This document shows, in pieces, positions 43,401 to 55,400 of a DNA stretch of 64,000 nucleotides. A program made the translations under genes and the position numbers. The stretch covers positions 62,001 to 126,000 of the forward strand of contig KZ537955.1 in the NCBI GenBank assembly GCA_000934665.2, in the 5' to 3' direction. Position 1 is the stretch's first letter; every line of letters starts with the position of its first letter. Origin of the DNA: Catajapyx aquilonaris (taxonomy: Eukaryota). The notes under the pieces were generated by a model. The model was not told where the DNA came from. It did not search any database and was given only the letters and a program-made list of their open reading frames with translations.

Positions 43401-46400
43401 TCTCGTCCACGTCGCGTTTTTGTTTGCAACCAACCCTCTTCCTCTCTCCGTACACACACACGCGCGAGACGGGGTCGCGGGGCTTGCACCGAGTTGGCTA
43501 AGGGACATTTGGGTTGTATTTATATCCGCAGTCTTCTTCCACCGAGAGAAGAGCTATTTGCTATGGCAACTATGCGGTCTTACGACAGCGAAAGACAAGT
43601 CGGGTCCAAACTGGAGTGGAAGTTTGTTATTGAATCCGCACAATTCCCAGTCTCTCTGCTCTGGACCTGTGCCCGGAGATGTATGGCAAGAGTACAGAAA
43701 ATGTGCTTTCGAGGAGAAGAAAAAAAATCAACAATGCGGTGTGGCACACTTTTCAAAAAAAATAAAAAAATGTATTTTTACCAAGAGGGAAACAGTGCAA
43801 GTCTCAATTCATGCGTCTAAAATTAATCTCGACCTTGTTGTAATCGGTATTCGCAGCTTTTAAAGGTAGCACCGATTGCTCGCAAATTATTCGGGCGCCA
43901 TACAACCGGATTTTTTTTTCTTCAAAAAAAGTGCTAACAACAAAGCCATATCTCCAGGGTGTTAGCCGTATGGAATAACTAAGTATCAGAAAATTTTATT
44001 GCCACCTTTTACAGTTTTACTTTTTTTTTTTAATGGGGTCAATTGTTATTGCGGCGACACGCGATGCACCTGCCCTCCATTTTTTTTCTTCTTCTTCTTT
44101 CTATTCGAAGGAGGTAACACCTGTTCACACGCCGGCCATCTTGGGATATGCAGGTTCGCACAAAAAGGAAAGAAGAAAAAAAAAAAATCCGATGTGGATC
44201 AGGAGCTTTGGGCGATTAGGAGAAGGGGGGGCCTTTTGAATGATTGTGGGACTCGGACAAAGGATCGCGTGGGAATTAAATTGCGGATTTTCTCATCTTA
44301 TTTTCCCACAGTTGGAATGCACTGGTGGGATCTACCGGGGGCCAGAAAACTTCGAGTTCAGCTTGTATTGATCTAGGACTCACCCCTCGGAAATGCCATT
44401 TTTTTAAACAATTTTAAAAATTGGGTAATTACGTCACTGCGTACTATAGGTTGCGATTAATAGTTACAATTGGGGTCACTTTTTTGCGAAGGACAGTTTT
44501 TTTTGCGTAGTTCCGCAAGTTTTTTTTCCGGTTGTTGTAAGGTGAAAGTGCAACAGTTGGTGCTACCTAGAACCGGGATGGATCGGGTTAGATCTGTTCA
44601 AACGAGCAACAACGCCCCAGAAAAGGATATGGCCTTGGTGCATCGACCATCTGCCCTTTTGGAGCCACCTGACAGCCATGATAAGGGGACTATTGTGCCG
44701 AAAGGAAGGCAGTGGAAAAAAAAGAGAGAGAAGAGAGCCAGTGGAAAAAAACCCGAGAAGAGTAGTTACAGCCCCGGGGTAATATTTTTGTACCGTCACG
44801 TGACTACCCGGAGATTTATGTCCGACCTGAGAATAGGGGGGGAAGTAAAAGGTTATAGCAGGGACTACAGCTAGAAAAGCAGGAAAATCGATATGCTTCT
44901 CTGGTTCATAACTTTGCCTGGAAACATTGCCAAAGCGTGGGGGTGTTTTAATCAGATAGCGACCGATAATCATAATAATAGTTGATGAAGGAAAAAGAAA
45001 AAAAAAGAGGAGCGAGAGCGGTGAGGGGAATGTGACTGATTGGATTTCCACTCCTTAGGGGGGGATGCTGGCCTTGAGATATGAACGCTCTCCTAAATAA
45101 TTAGACGCGGAGATTCCTCTCTGCGACCTACTACTTTTTCCACCCACCAGACCTCGACCTGAAAATGTCTTGAGTCCTTGGGATAAGCGGCCGTAAATTT
45201 TGTGGTCATCGCGGCAAAGTGACGTGATTTTCTTGTGTTTTTATTTTGGTGTGTTTTTTTCCCCCGCAGAGAAAGGAGAGAGCAGGAGGCGAGGGAGAGA
45301 GAAAAGGCGGGTAAAGAGAGACTGGAGAGAGAGAAGCTGGAGCGGGAACAAAAGGAGCGGGAGAGACTGGAGCGAGAGAAGCTGGAGCGTGAGCGTGAGC
45401 GTGAGAAGGAGCGTGAGCGTGAGAGGAGGAAGCAAGAGGATAGGATGGAACAAGAGAGGCTGGAGAAGCATCTGGCCGCTGAGCAGGCTGTGCACCAGCA
45501 TTTCGAAGAGTCGTTAAGACTCGCCCAACAAAAGGTACGTCGCCCGGTTCTTCCTTTTTAAAAATATAAACGTTGCAATTCCGTCGCCTCAGGGGTGTTA
45601 AAAAAATAAAAAGTTGGACCCCCTGGGAGGGATCTCGTCACGCTTTTTATCATGGCCATCGAGCTTGAGTAGCGCACACACACGACCTTTGAGGGTAAGT
45701 TGGCGACGATTCCAAGGACGATGGACCGGCCACGTTCTGACCATCAACGTTCCGCATGCATATCAATCAGTCCACTATACTAATGAAGAGTGATTAGATG
45801 CCAAATGTGCGTTCAAACAATAACCGACAACATAACTTGCCATTGACGTCATAGTTTTGTTTACTAATTCCTAGTCGACTGAATCTGCCGAACGCACCCA
45901 CTTTTCTAGTTTCCATGCAGATGCCCTCACATAACAAATAACCGTGCACATATGGCGCATAACAATGGGAGTACTCATTGTTTCTTTTTTTTGTTTTCAT
46001 TGTTTACTCACATTGTTGCATGAGGGCCATGTCTATAATATGGAAACTTGAAAAGTGGGGTGCGTTCGGCAGATTTATATTGATTAGGCGTTTGTAAACA
46101 AAACCTGTCTTATATGTATTTATTGGCAGCGTACGTACGAAGGTCATTCCTATTCAATTTTTATTATCTTGTCCGTTTTGTGAAGGCAACGATCGGTACC
46201 TTATGCCCCAGACAATGTGCTCGAAACGCGTCGCCCTGTCCCCGGAATTTCCATCAATTGCATCACTTTCGACCTCCCTCCCTTCCCGGCGCGGACCCCA
46301 ACCGAACCACATTCCATTGTCCTCGAACATGTCAGCGTGCAAGCAAGGTCAGATCCTATCTATCATTTAAAATAGATGCCGATTAGAAGGGAAAAAGAGT

Positions 46401-49400
46401 CAAGCCGGATTATACTGTATAGCCAGAAATAGAACGACTTTTGTCCCTCCGCCATTTCTGGTTAATAAGTGCATGGTTAGCTTTTTATTATTATTACAGG
46501 CCAGAGGGAAACGACCCTGCTGTTCTAAAAATCGCATGCCGCATGGGACTGCTGGGGGTTCCGGAATTATTGATAAAATTCTGTTGTCAGCATACGGTAG
46601 CGTGTACGGTATTCCGGGCGCCATGTTGTCCCGGCATTTTGTGACGTCATCGTTTGGGAAGGGCGGGGTTCTGGGGGGGTAGGAGGTGGGGGGCAAGGGG
46701 GGGGACAAAGGGGGGGAAGAGTCCGTTTCGAACGACGCCACTTTGGGGAAGAAGGAAAAAGGGAGATGGCGGCTGGGGAAATGGTCACTAACAAATTGTG
46801 GTGCCAGAAGGACCAGCAGACGGTAATTATATCAGGGGAAATAGTACCGGACTTTTGGTTCGGTAGGGTGGTCATATTTTGGGAACATACGGGGGGTCAA
46901 CTGAGGTCAGCAGTATTTAGAATAGGGAAGTGCAGCCCAGGGGGGTTATTAATAGGGTCAAATAATGTATATTTTTTAAATATTTTATGGCGTCTAAGGG
47001 CACGTTATTTTTATGTTTTGGTGTTTGGTCAGGGACTGGTTAGGATTGAAATAGCGTTTCTAAAGGAATGGCCAGGTTGGTTCTAATTTATTAACAGCAA
47101 GAGGGCCATTTTTGAAGAACACACAAAGGAGAATATGGGATGGAATTTTCGTCCCACTGCTAGATACTGTAGCAGTAACTAGCAGTGGATGTAAAGGTGC
47201 ATTTACATGTGAGCGCCGAGCAATTGTGTGGAGCGCAAGTAACAATTACAATAACAAACGTAACGTACGATCAAATCACTCGCATGTAAACACCGCTTAA
47301 TGGGTGGAATTTTCGTTGTAGTGGCAATGATGTAACGGATGCGGATGCAATTTTGTGTACTCCAGTTTAATATTCGGACCGCATTATGGCGGTTATTTGC
47401 GTAGGCAGGACTTGTGACCTTGCATTGCGCTTGGGTGTTAGAACCCATGAAAGTGTGTTGAGAGTATTTTTCCTTGCTGCTTTTTTCCCTGTTGAAAAAT
47501 ATTGTGGGACAAAGTGCTATGAGGGTGTATAAGTACTTTTAATTATTGCAGAGAAGCTTTGTCAGTTATATCGATAACTTCTGGCCATACTTACGCTGAA
47601 ACTTTGTGATTGATTCGCTGTACTAATTTGCATGCTTAAGCTGCTTGTTAAGAAGTTTCGTGTACAGGATGTAAAGTGAATTTATCCAGATATGTGTTGG
47701 GAGTTGATAGCATTTCCATTGTCCGTTTTGGGCGGGGTGGAGGGAAAGGCAGGTCTACCCATGACCTTGGTCATCCTGTGGGCCGGTGCGGAATGGCGGG
47801 TTTTGCAATGAAGAAGTATTTTGTTGGGTGGGATCTATTTGGCCCATTGGCATCAAAGGTCAATGACGCTCCCCTTCATGTTTCATTTAAGTGGTGGAAC
47901 TGCTGAAAATTGACAGTAAATGCAGGCCTTTACTCTATAAAATGTACTTCTCAACGGAAGAAGCAGAACTTTTCAGTGACTCGTGTGGAAGTGGTATAAT
48001 AATAGGCTAACTATTGATTCCAAAAGGATTGATACATAGATTATTTGGCATAAAAATCATTGGAAGTAGAGCATCCTCAATTATATTTTTGCAATAAGGA
48101 TTTACTAGGACTACCACTGTTGATATGCAGCGATGATAGTCTTCATTGAGGCAGGAAGACATATTGGAATAATATAAAGCAAGCTTGCATAACTTCATGT
48201 CCTTAAGTATTTCCCATTCAAAGGTCACACTTGTAATTCATTGCTGCTCAAGCACGATTCCAAGCATGAAGCTGTGAATTGTAAGGCATGTTTGAAACGT
48301 GATTTTAAATTTTTGCAGCGTGCAATGGGTTGGAGCCCGATCACGAGTCTTCCCAAGCAGCACCACCACTACCTGGCTGAGGAGGAAAGGCGACGGCACC
48401 ACCACCAGCAACAGCAGGTGCAGCAACAGCAACAGCAGCAGGTGCAGCATCTCCATCATCATCAACAGCAACAACAACAGCAGCAACAGCAAGAGGAAGA
48501 AGACAAAAGGAGAGAAGAGAGGAGAAGACTGGAGCATGAGAAGTTCCTGGCTGACCATCGTCATCGCCAGCAACAGCACCATCATCAGCAGCAACAGCAG
48601 CATCAACAACAGCAACAGCACCACCAGCAGCAGCAACATCATCAGCAACAGCAACAGCAGCAACATCACCACCAACAACAGCAGCAGCAGCAGCAGCAGC
48701 AAGAGGAGGAGGCGAGGAGGCATCAGGAGCATCGGGAGAGAGAACGAGCTTATTACACCTCATCAGTGGTAAGTCATTGTATACCATCAAACTGTTAGTG
48801 CCATTCATGGGACAGAATGAGGCCTCCTCAATTGCTGCATGCTGTAATTTAATTGTTTGACAGTCGTTATTGTCTGCCAAAAACCACTTGCGTATAATTT
48901 ACCGGAGGGATGGGATCAACAAGTAATAAATAAACCTGAGTTTGACGTTATCGATCTGTATTGTAATCTTATTGTACTACTGTTACAGGTCCGTCCCCCG
49001 TCATCCGGAAAGGTTGACTTCACCTCTGCTGCGCTCCTGAGCAAGGCGGACAAGGTCTCGCCTGTACCTCCCCCTCCCCCTCCGCCTCCAGCCCCTGCAT
49101 CACTTCCCAAAGCTGAACCAAGCTTCAATCTGTTTGGCTACCACCATTACCAGCAGCACTATGCTGCTGCTCACTATGGCCAGCAGGAAAAGCTCAAGGT
49201 AGCAATGGACAAGCAGCAGGTGGCAGCTCCACCAAGGAAAGCGGACCTTCCTGCACCTCCGCCATTACTTAGTGATATGAAGGGTGTCATAATGCAGGCT
49301 GACAAGTCCAAACACTATCAGGTGAAGGTTGGTGAATACCAACACCATCGTGGGCCAAGTCCTCACCATCCGGCACCACAACCACCACCACCACCACATT

Positions 49401-52400
49401 CCTCACCTCATCATGCATCTATCGAGGCGCAGAATTTGATCAAGAGCGGGAAACATCCTCATCCTGCGCACTCCATCCCGCCGGAGAGGGTGTACGGCGT
49501 TCCATACAAGATGGCCTACCCACCGCCATACATACAGGGCTATGCTCCAGTACCTCCTGCACCTATGGCAGCTCCCAATAAGCCGAAGGTGAGCAGCCCT
49601 GCACCTCAGCAGATCTATGGAAAGCCATCTGTTGGGGTTGGCATAACTGCCGGGGTTCCTGTGTGTCGTGTAGACACACCAGTACCCCTCATTTCCAAGC
49701 CTGCCTACCAGGCACCCCCAATGCCGGTTGGGCCACCGCCACCACCAGCTCATAGTGCAAGCCGAGTAATGTATTCTCCCAACAAGTCACCAGCACCGTC
49801 CACACCCCCAGCACCAGCACAGTGCCAACCACTTGACTTGGCCGGTGTGCCACCAATTGGTTCCACATCACCCAAGAGAAAGGCTGAACCTGAGGATGCT
49901 GCAGCTAAGCGGCGGAGGAGTGACACCCCAGTACTGGCAAGGGTGAGTGAGCCAAGTCCGCTGATGGCTGGTGCGGCCAGCACTATCGCAATGGTGGTCA
50001 ACACTGCAGTGGCGACAGTTACATCAATGGCAACAACAACAACTGTTGCTGCCCCCACCACCACCACCACCCCTGCTCCTGCCCATGCACCTCCACCGCA
50101 GCCTGTGCCAGAGCGTTCTGCAAGCCCACAAGTCAAGTCCAGCTACCCTGTTCACAAGCTCAAGAAGGCATGGCTTGAACGCCATTCTGGTGACAAGGAC
50201 AAGACCGAGGTGGCAACACCAGCTCCAACACCTCCGCCGGCACCGCCTCCACCAACTCCTCCATCACTCCCAAAAAAATTAGTTGGGAAGCCTGGTCGGA
50301 AAGGGAAGGACAAGAGACCCCTCATGAATGGGCATGCTGACAAGGCGCCGGATGAGTCCAGCAGTTCAGCCAGTGAAACCGAAGTGAAGTTAGCCCCAAA
50401 GCGTAAACCACCAAAGGTGAAGAAGAAAGGGAAGGGGCGCGTCAAGACCAAGAAACCTGTTGCCACTGCCCCAGTGCCTAGTGATAGCCAGTCAGACAGT
50501 GACAAGGAGAGTGGGAGTGATAAGGATTCAGATGACAAGCGCAAGACCAAGGAGGCAAAGGAGCCTCGTAAAAGGGGACGTAAGCCGAAATCTGCGACAG
50601 GTGCCACCAATGGGAATGGTAGTGCCAACTTAAATGGTGGTGGAAGTGAGGACCGACGCCCAGCCAAAAAGATGAGGGAGGACACGTCAGGGCCTCCTCA
50701 AAAACCGTCACAACCGCCTTCACAACCGCCTCCGTCACAAGACCCCTTTCGTAAACCACCAGTTTCTCAGCTGAAGAAGACGGGGGAGAGCTTCCTGCAA
50801 GACGGGCCTTGTTGGGAAGTCGCCCCAAAGCTGGGTAAATGCAGGGAATGCAGGTGGACGCCACACCAACGGAGCAAGAAGATGAGCAACATCTTCTGCC
50901 GGTTCTATGCCTTCAGGCGTCTGCGGTATACCAAGAACGGGCAGCTGGCCATTGCAGGATTTTCCCATCCAAAGAGGGACGCTTCTGAGGATGACCTGAA
51001 GCTCTGGCTCCCACAGAGAGACAACCCTCCAAAGGATCTTGACATTGATATGTCAAGGTTCCTCCTAACACAGGTAAAGACCAAACGTTATTGGCTTGAT
51101 ACTGTACATGTTTGGAAGTTACCTTTAAAAAAAATTCACATTGCTGTAAGCAGCATGATAAGCTAATGTGACCATTTGTGCACAAAACACATTGAATTAA
51201 TACGCAATAAAATAGCGCATGGAATAGAAAAGCAGGCATGATGAAATTTCTGATGGCATAATACAATACACTAGGGCATAATATGCGAGAAGTGCAAGAC
51301 TAAGAGGTTGTTTCATCATGTTGGTGAGATGTCTTGCCAATATGTTATACTGATGTAATGTTGGGTTGATATGGGTCTTATCTCATCTTGCGTGCATTGA
51401 TAGTCCCATTCCATAAATCATCGTGCTTCATTACAAGGTTATGTGCACTTGGCATGTTTAGCGGACTAATTGCTGGTGCAATTCCAGCCATGATTATTGA
51501 TCTGCAGGCAAACAATGGAAGTTAAATGCACAGGGTATAATCTTGATAATAATGCGCCCATTCCTTCATTTTACGAGGACTGGTTGTAAATCAATGAATT
51601 GATTTGTGGTTGAGCACACTCAATTTATCATGATCGTTATTTGCGAACTGTTAAGAGGCGACATGCTTGAATGTCAAAAGCATTTTTAAAAAGTCAGCCC
51701 ATTTGTGAGATACAAATCTATAACCAAGACTGACATCATTTGCATGCATGTCAGCTTTTCTGATAGGTGATGTGCTGGGGATAGTGTTTTAGGTGTGTCA
51801 TAGGTCAATTTATTTTAACTTGATCCGATTCAACTCTGCAAGTGATGAGATCAGTGAGAATTGAAATGCAATGAAAATTACCAATCTGAGCTCTTTAACC
51901 GTCTGATGCAGTGTTGTTATTATTTTTACAATGTACTGATGTGAACAAGATCGTGTGTTTCAATGCCCTTTGCTGTATTTTTGGGACAGGTTGGGGACCA
52001 GTTCTGTGATCTGGTGGTCCAAGAGAAAGAAGCGGTGAAGATTCACATGGGTGAAGAGAAAGATAAGGATGCCGTTGCGTGGAAACGAGTAGTGCAGGGT
52101 GTACGCGAGATGTGTGACGTGTGCGAGACCACACTATTCAACTACCACTGGGCCTGTGGGAAGTGTGGATTCGTAGTGTGCATTGACTGCTACAAGGGAC
52201 GGCGCAATGGGACCATAAAGGTGTGGGGGGAGACCGGGAAGGACAGGGATGAGTTTTCCTGGCTGCTGTGCACCAACCGGCAGATGCATGAGCAGGACAA
52301 GCTGATGCTCACGCAAATCATAGCCGGTGAAGCCCTCACACAGCTCGGAGGACAGTTGCACAGGATGAGGCATCGGTGGGGGATTGGGCAGTACTGTGAT

Positions 52401-55400
52401 TGTGAGGAGAGTAAGCGGCTCAAAGAAGAAGGCGGAAGCATCGTCACGGCAGGTGCGAACGGTATTTGCAAGGATTTGGCCAAGGGTGTGAAAAAAGAGC
52501 CGGTGAATGGCGTCATCAAAAGTGAACCAGGAGCGGAGAAAGAGGAAGGTGGGAGTGACGTAAAGCAGGAGGAGGGCAACTCTGCCCTCAGCTGGCTGGC
52601 CGATGTGGCTCTTGGTGAGAAGAAGGAGGCCTGCGAGGTGAGTGTGGCATGTTGGTTGTTTTTACATGACGGTGTGTGCATCTTGAGTTATGATGGAATG
52701 ACTTTAAGAAAATATTGTTATGACAGTTGTTGTAAGACTAATAGAACTGCAGTAGTGCTTCCCTGTTTCTTCCCGTAATAAGAGTAGCTTCCCGCATTTT
52801 CATTATTAAAGTTGCAGACTTCTTGTACAAATGGATAATCCAAACAAATATTATTGCATAAGGAAGAACACTGACAAAGCTGTTGAGACAATTGATATTG
52901 ACATGTGTTATGAAAACATGCCTGCATTTAAATGCTAGAGAGGAAAATAATGCTACGGATCTGTTTCCATAGGCATGTGGTGCCGTTGCTACTTTTAAAA
53001 ATAGTTCCGTACAAAATATTTACTTTTGCGTGTGTTGCATTATTGCAACTAACCTTGCATTTTTTTTTGTGGTGTTGTTGACTTGTACTGATATGGAATC
53101 ACTGAAGATGCATTGACAAACATGGAATGCTGTGGTGTGATGATAACTAACTGAACGTTAGCCTGTAACAAGGCTATGGCGAGATATCATAGCCGTTTAC
53201 CCATCTGACACTGCATCCAATCACTGTAGCCGTGAGACCTGAGTTGCTGATGAAACGTTACTTGATTTGGTGATTATGTTACAGCCATTCTACAATGTGT
53301 TGTTGTTGCAGGATTCGGCCAGCACCACCGATTCTGATGAAGAGAAGGGTGAGAACTACTCCACTCTGCGTGAACTTCTGATCCGTCCTTCTGGAAAGCC
53401 TAATGGCAACAGTGGCCAGGCATCTTCACCTGGCACTCCCACCACGTCCTCAGGGGCATCCTCTACCACGCCTGCTCCCCGCCCCCAAAAGAAGCTCAAG
53501 GTGGAGACCACCTTAGACGAAGTGATATCCCATGTGATAGAGCACAGCGTGGAGAAGCATGACCACCAGCGAGGGGAACAGGTCCCGATGGTGCTGAAGC
53601 ACTTTGTGAGGAAAGTGTGCATCCCACAGAAGGGAAGGGAACCACTGCCCATCCGTATCATGACGCTGGCCGAGAGCACCTTGCTCTACCCCAACCTGCC
53701 ACACACGTGGCTTTGTGATGGGAAACTGCTCAGGCTTCATGATCCCATCCATGATAACAATTACAGGATATTCCAGGTAATTGGCTGCATTTGGAGCTTC
53801 AGTTGATATCTCGGATATAATAATTTATAAGGTGTCTTGATGATGACAACTTGAATGAAAGAATTACTGTGGTTACACAACTGCGTTCTTCACTGAGAGA
53901 CCATGCATAATTTGCTTTTAGTAACGAAGAAACAAAGTTCATTGCTGTGACTTCACTGTTGAGGACCAATGTCATTAATTCCACACTAATGGTTTGCAAT
54001 TGTTTCTTTTAGGACCAGTGGAAACGTGGGCAGCCCATAATGGTATCAGATGTGTCCAAGAAACTGGACATTGAGAACCTCTGGCACCCTGATGCATTTG
54101 CGAAAGACTTTGGGGACGTGAAAAATGACCTGATCAACTGCATGACAGGCAACATTGTCCCCAACCAGCCCATGAGGAAGTTCTGGGAGGGGTTTGAGAA
54201 CTTCTCGAAACGCCTTAAGGATGAACGGGGCAACTACATGCTTCTGAAGCTGAAGGACTGGCCGCCTGGCGAGGACTTTGCGGAGCTGCTTCCCTCCAGG
54301 TTCCAGGACCTGATGAAGGTCCTGCCCCTGTCTGAATACACACACAGGAACGGAAGGCTGAACCTGGCAAGCCGTCTTCCAGATTCGTTTGTGAGGCCAG
54401 ACTTGGGACCTAAGATGTACAATGCGTACGGCTCTGCGCTCTACCCAAGCAAAGGGACCACCAACATCCACTTGGACATCTCAGATGCTGTCAACGTCAT
54501 GGTGTACGTAGGGATACCAAAGGACGGCGACGACGACGAGCACATTAAAGGTTTGTTTCCCTCGGATTTGAGTTTAATATTTGGCAAGAATGTTAGGCTT
54601 TTTATTATCGTACTCATGTGAGTGTGATTGATTGAACAAATCGGTATCAGTGGCTGCAATGATGATGATTGATTGATTTTGAATCTCTGTGAAAACTTAC
54701 ATCATCGAGCTCTTTAACCATCTGATGCAGCCTGTACCGTAGCCCTTTCTTAACCACATCATCGCCAGTTAGCTCCATCTGATTTATCCGTTTCTTCCAA
54801 TTTACAGAAGCCTTGAAGGCTATAGATGAAGCGAGCTGTGACATACTGACCCGACGCAGGGTCCGTGATAAAGGAGAACTCCCTGGAGCCCTGTGGCACA
54901 TCTACCATGCTCGAGATGCAGACAAGATCCGCGACCTGCTGAACAAAGTGGCCCTGGAGAAAGGCGAGAAGCTGGAGCCGTACCACGATCCCATCCATGA
55001 CCAGAGCTGGTATCTGGACTCAACTTTGAGGGAGAGGCTCTACAAGGAGTACAGCGTAGAGGGGTACGCCATCGTGCAGTGCCTTGGAGACGCAGTCTTC
55101 ATTCCGGCTGGGGCACCACATCAGGTTAGTTGAACTAGTTGCCTTTGTTATTAGCTGCGTAAACTGTTGTGGCTTCTGCATGTGATGTGACAGTGATGTT
55201 ATTTGAAATCACGTGATTATTTTACTAAGCTCTTTAACCGTCTGATGCAGGCCTGAATATTTGTTTGGCAAATAAACTTGCATCTACTTTTACAGAAATT
55301 AACCATGCATTAATTTTTAACAGGTTCGGAATCTACACAACTGCATCAAAGTGGCAGAAGACTTTGTGTCACCCGAGAATGTGGGCCACTGCTTCCACCT

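Noticed and set aside
46500..46682. Cassette exon after a ttacag acceptor
   Set aside because: No strong in-frame donor before the stop; the region is better explained as promoter-like.
51285..51440. Two hairpins ending in ACA (H/ACA snoRNA candidate); similar weak cases at 48060-48170, 52950-53015 and in intron 48769-48988
   Set aside because: No convincing ANANNA hinge plus paired hairpins by eye; folding and snoGPS would be needed.
51889..55245. TCTTTAAC as U12-type branch points
   Set aside because: They lie about 85-90 nt from the acceptors, the donors are U2-type, and the box C/D context explains them better.
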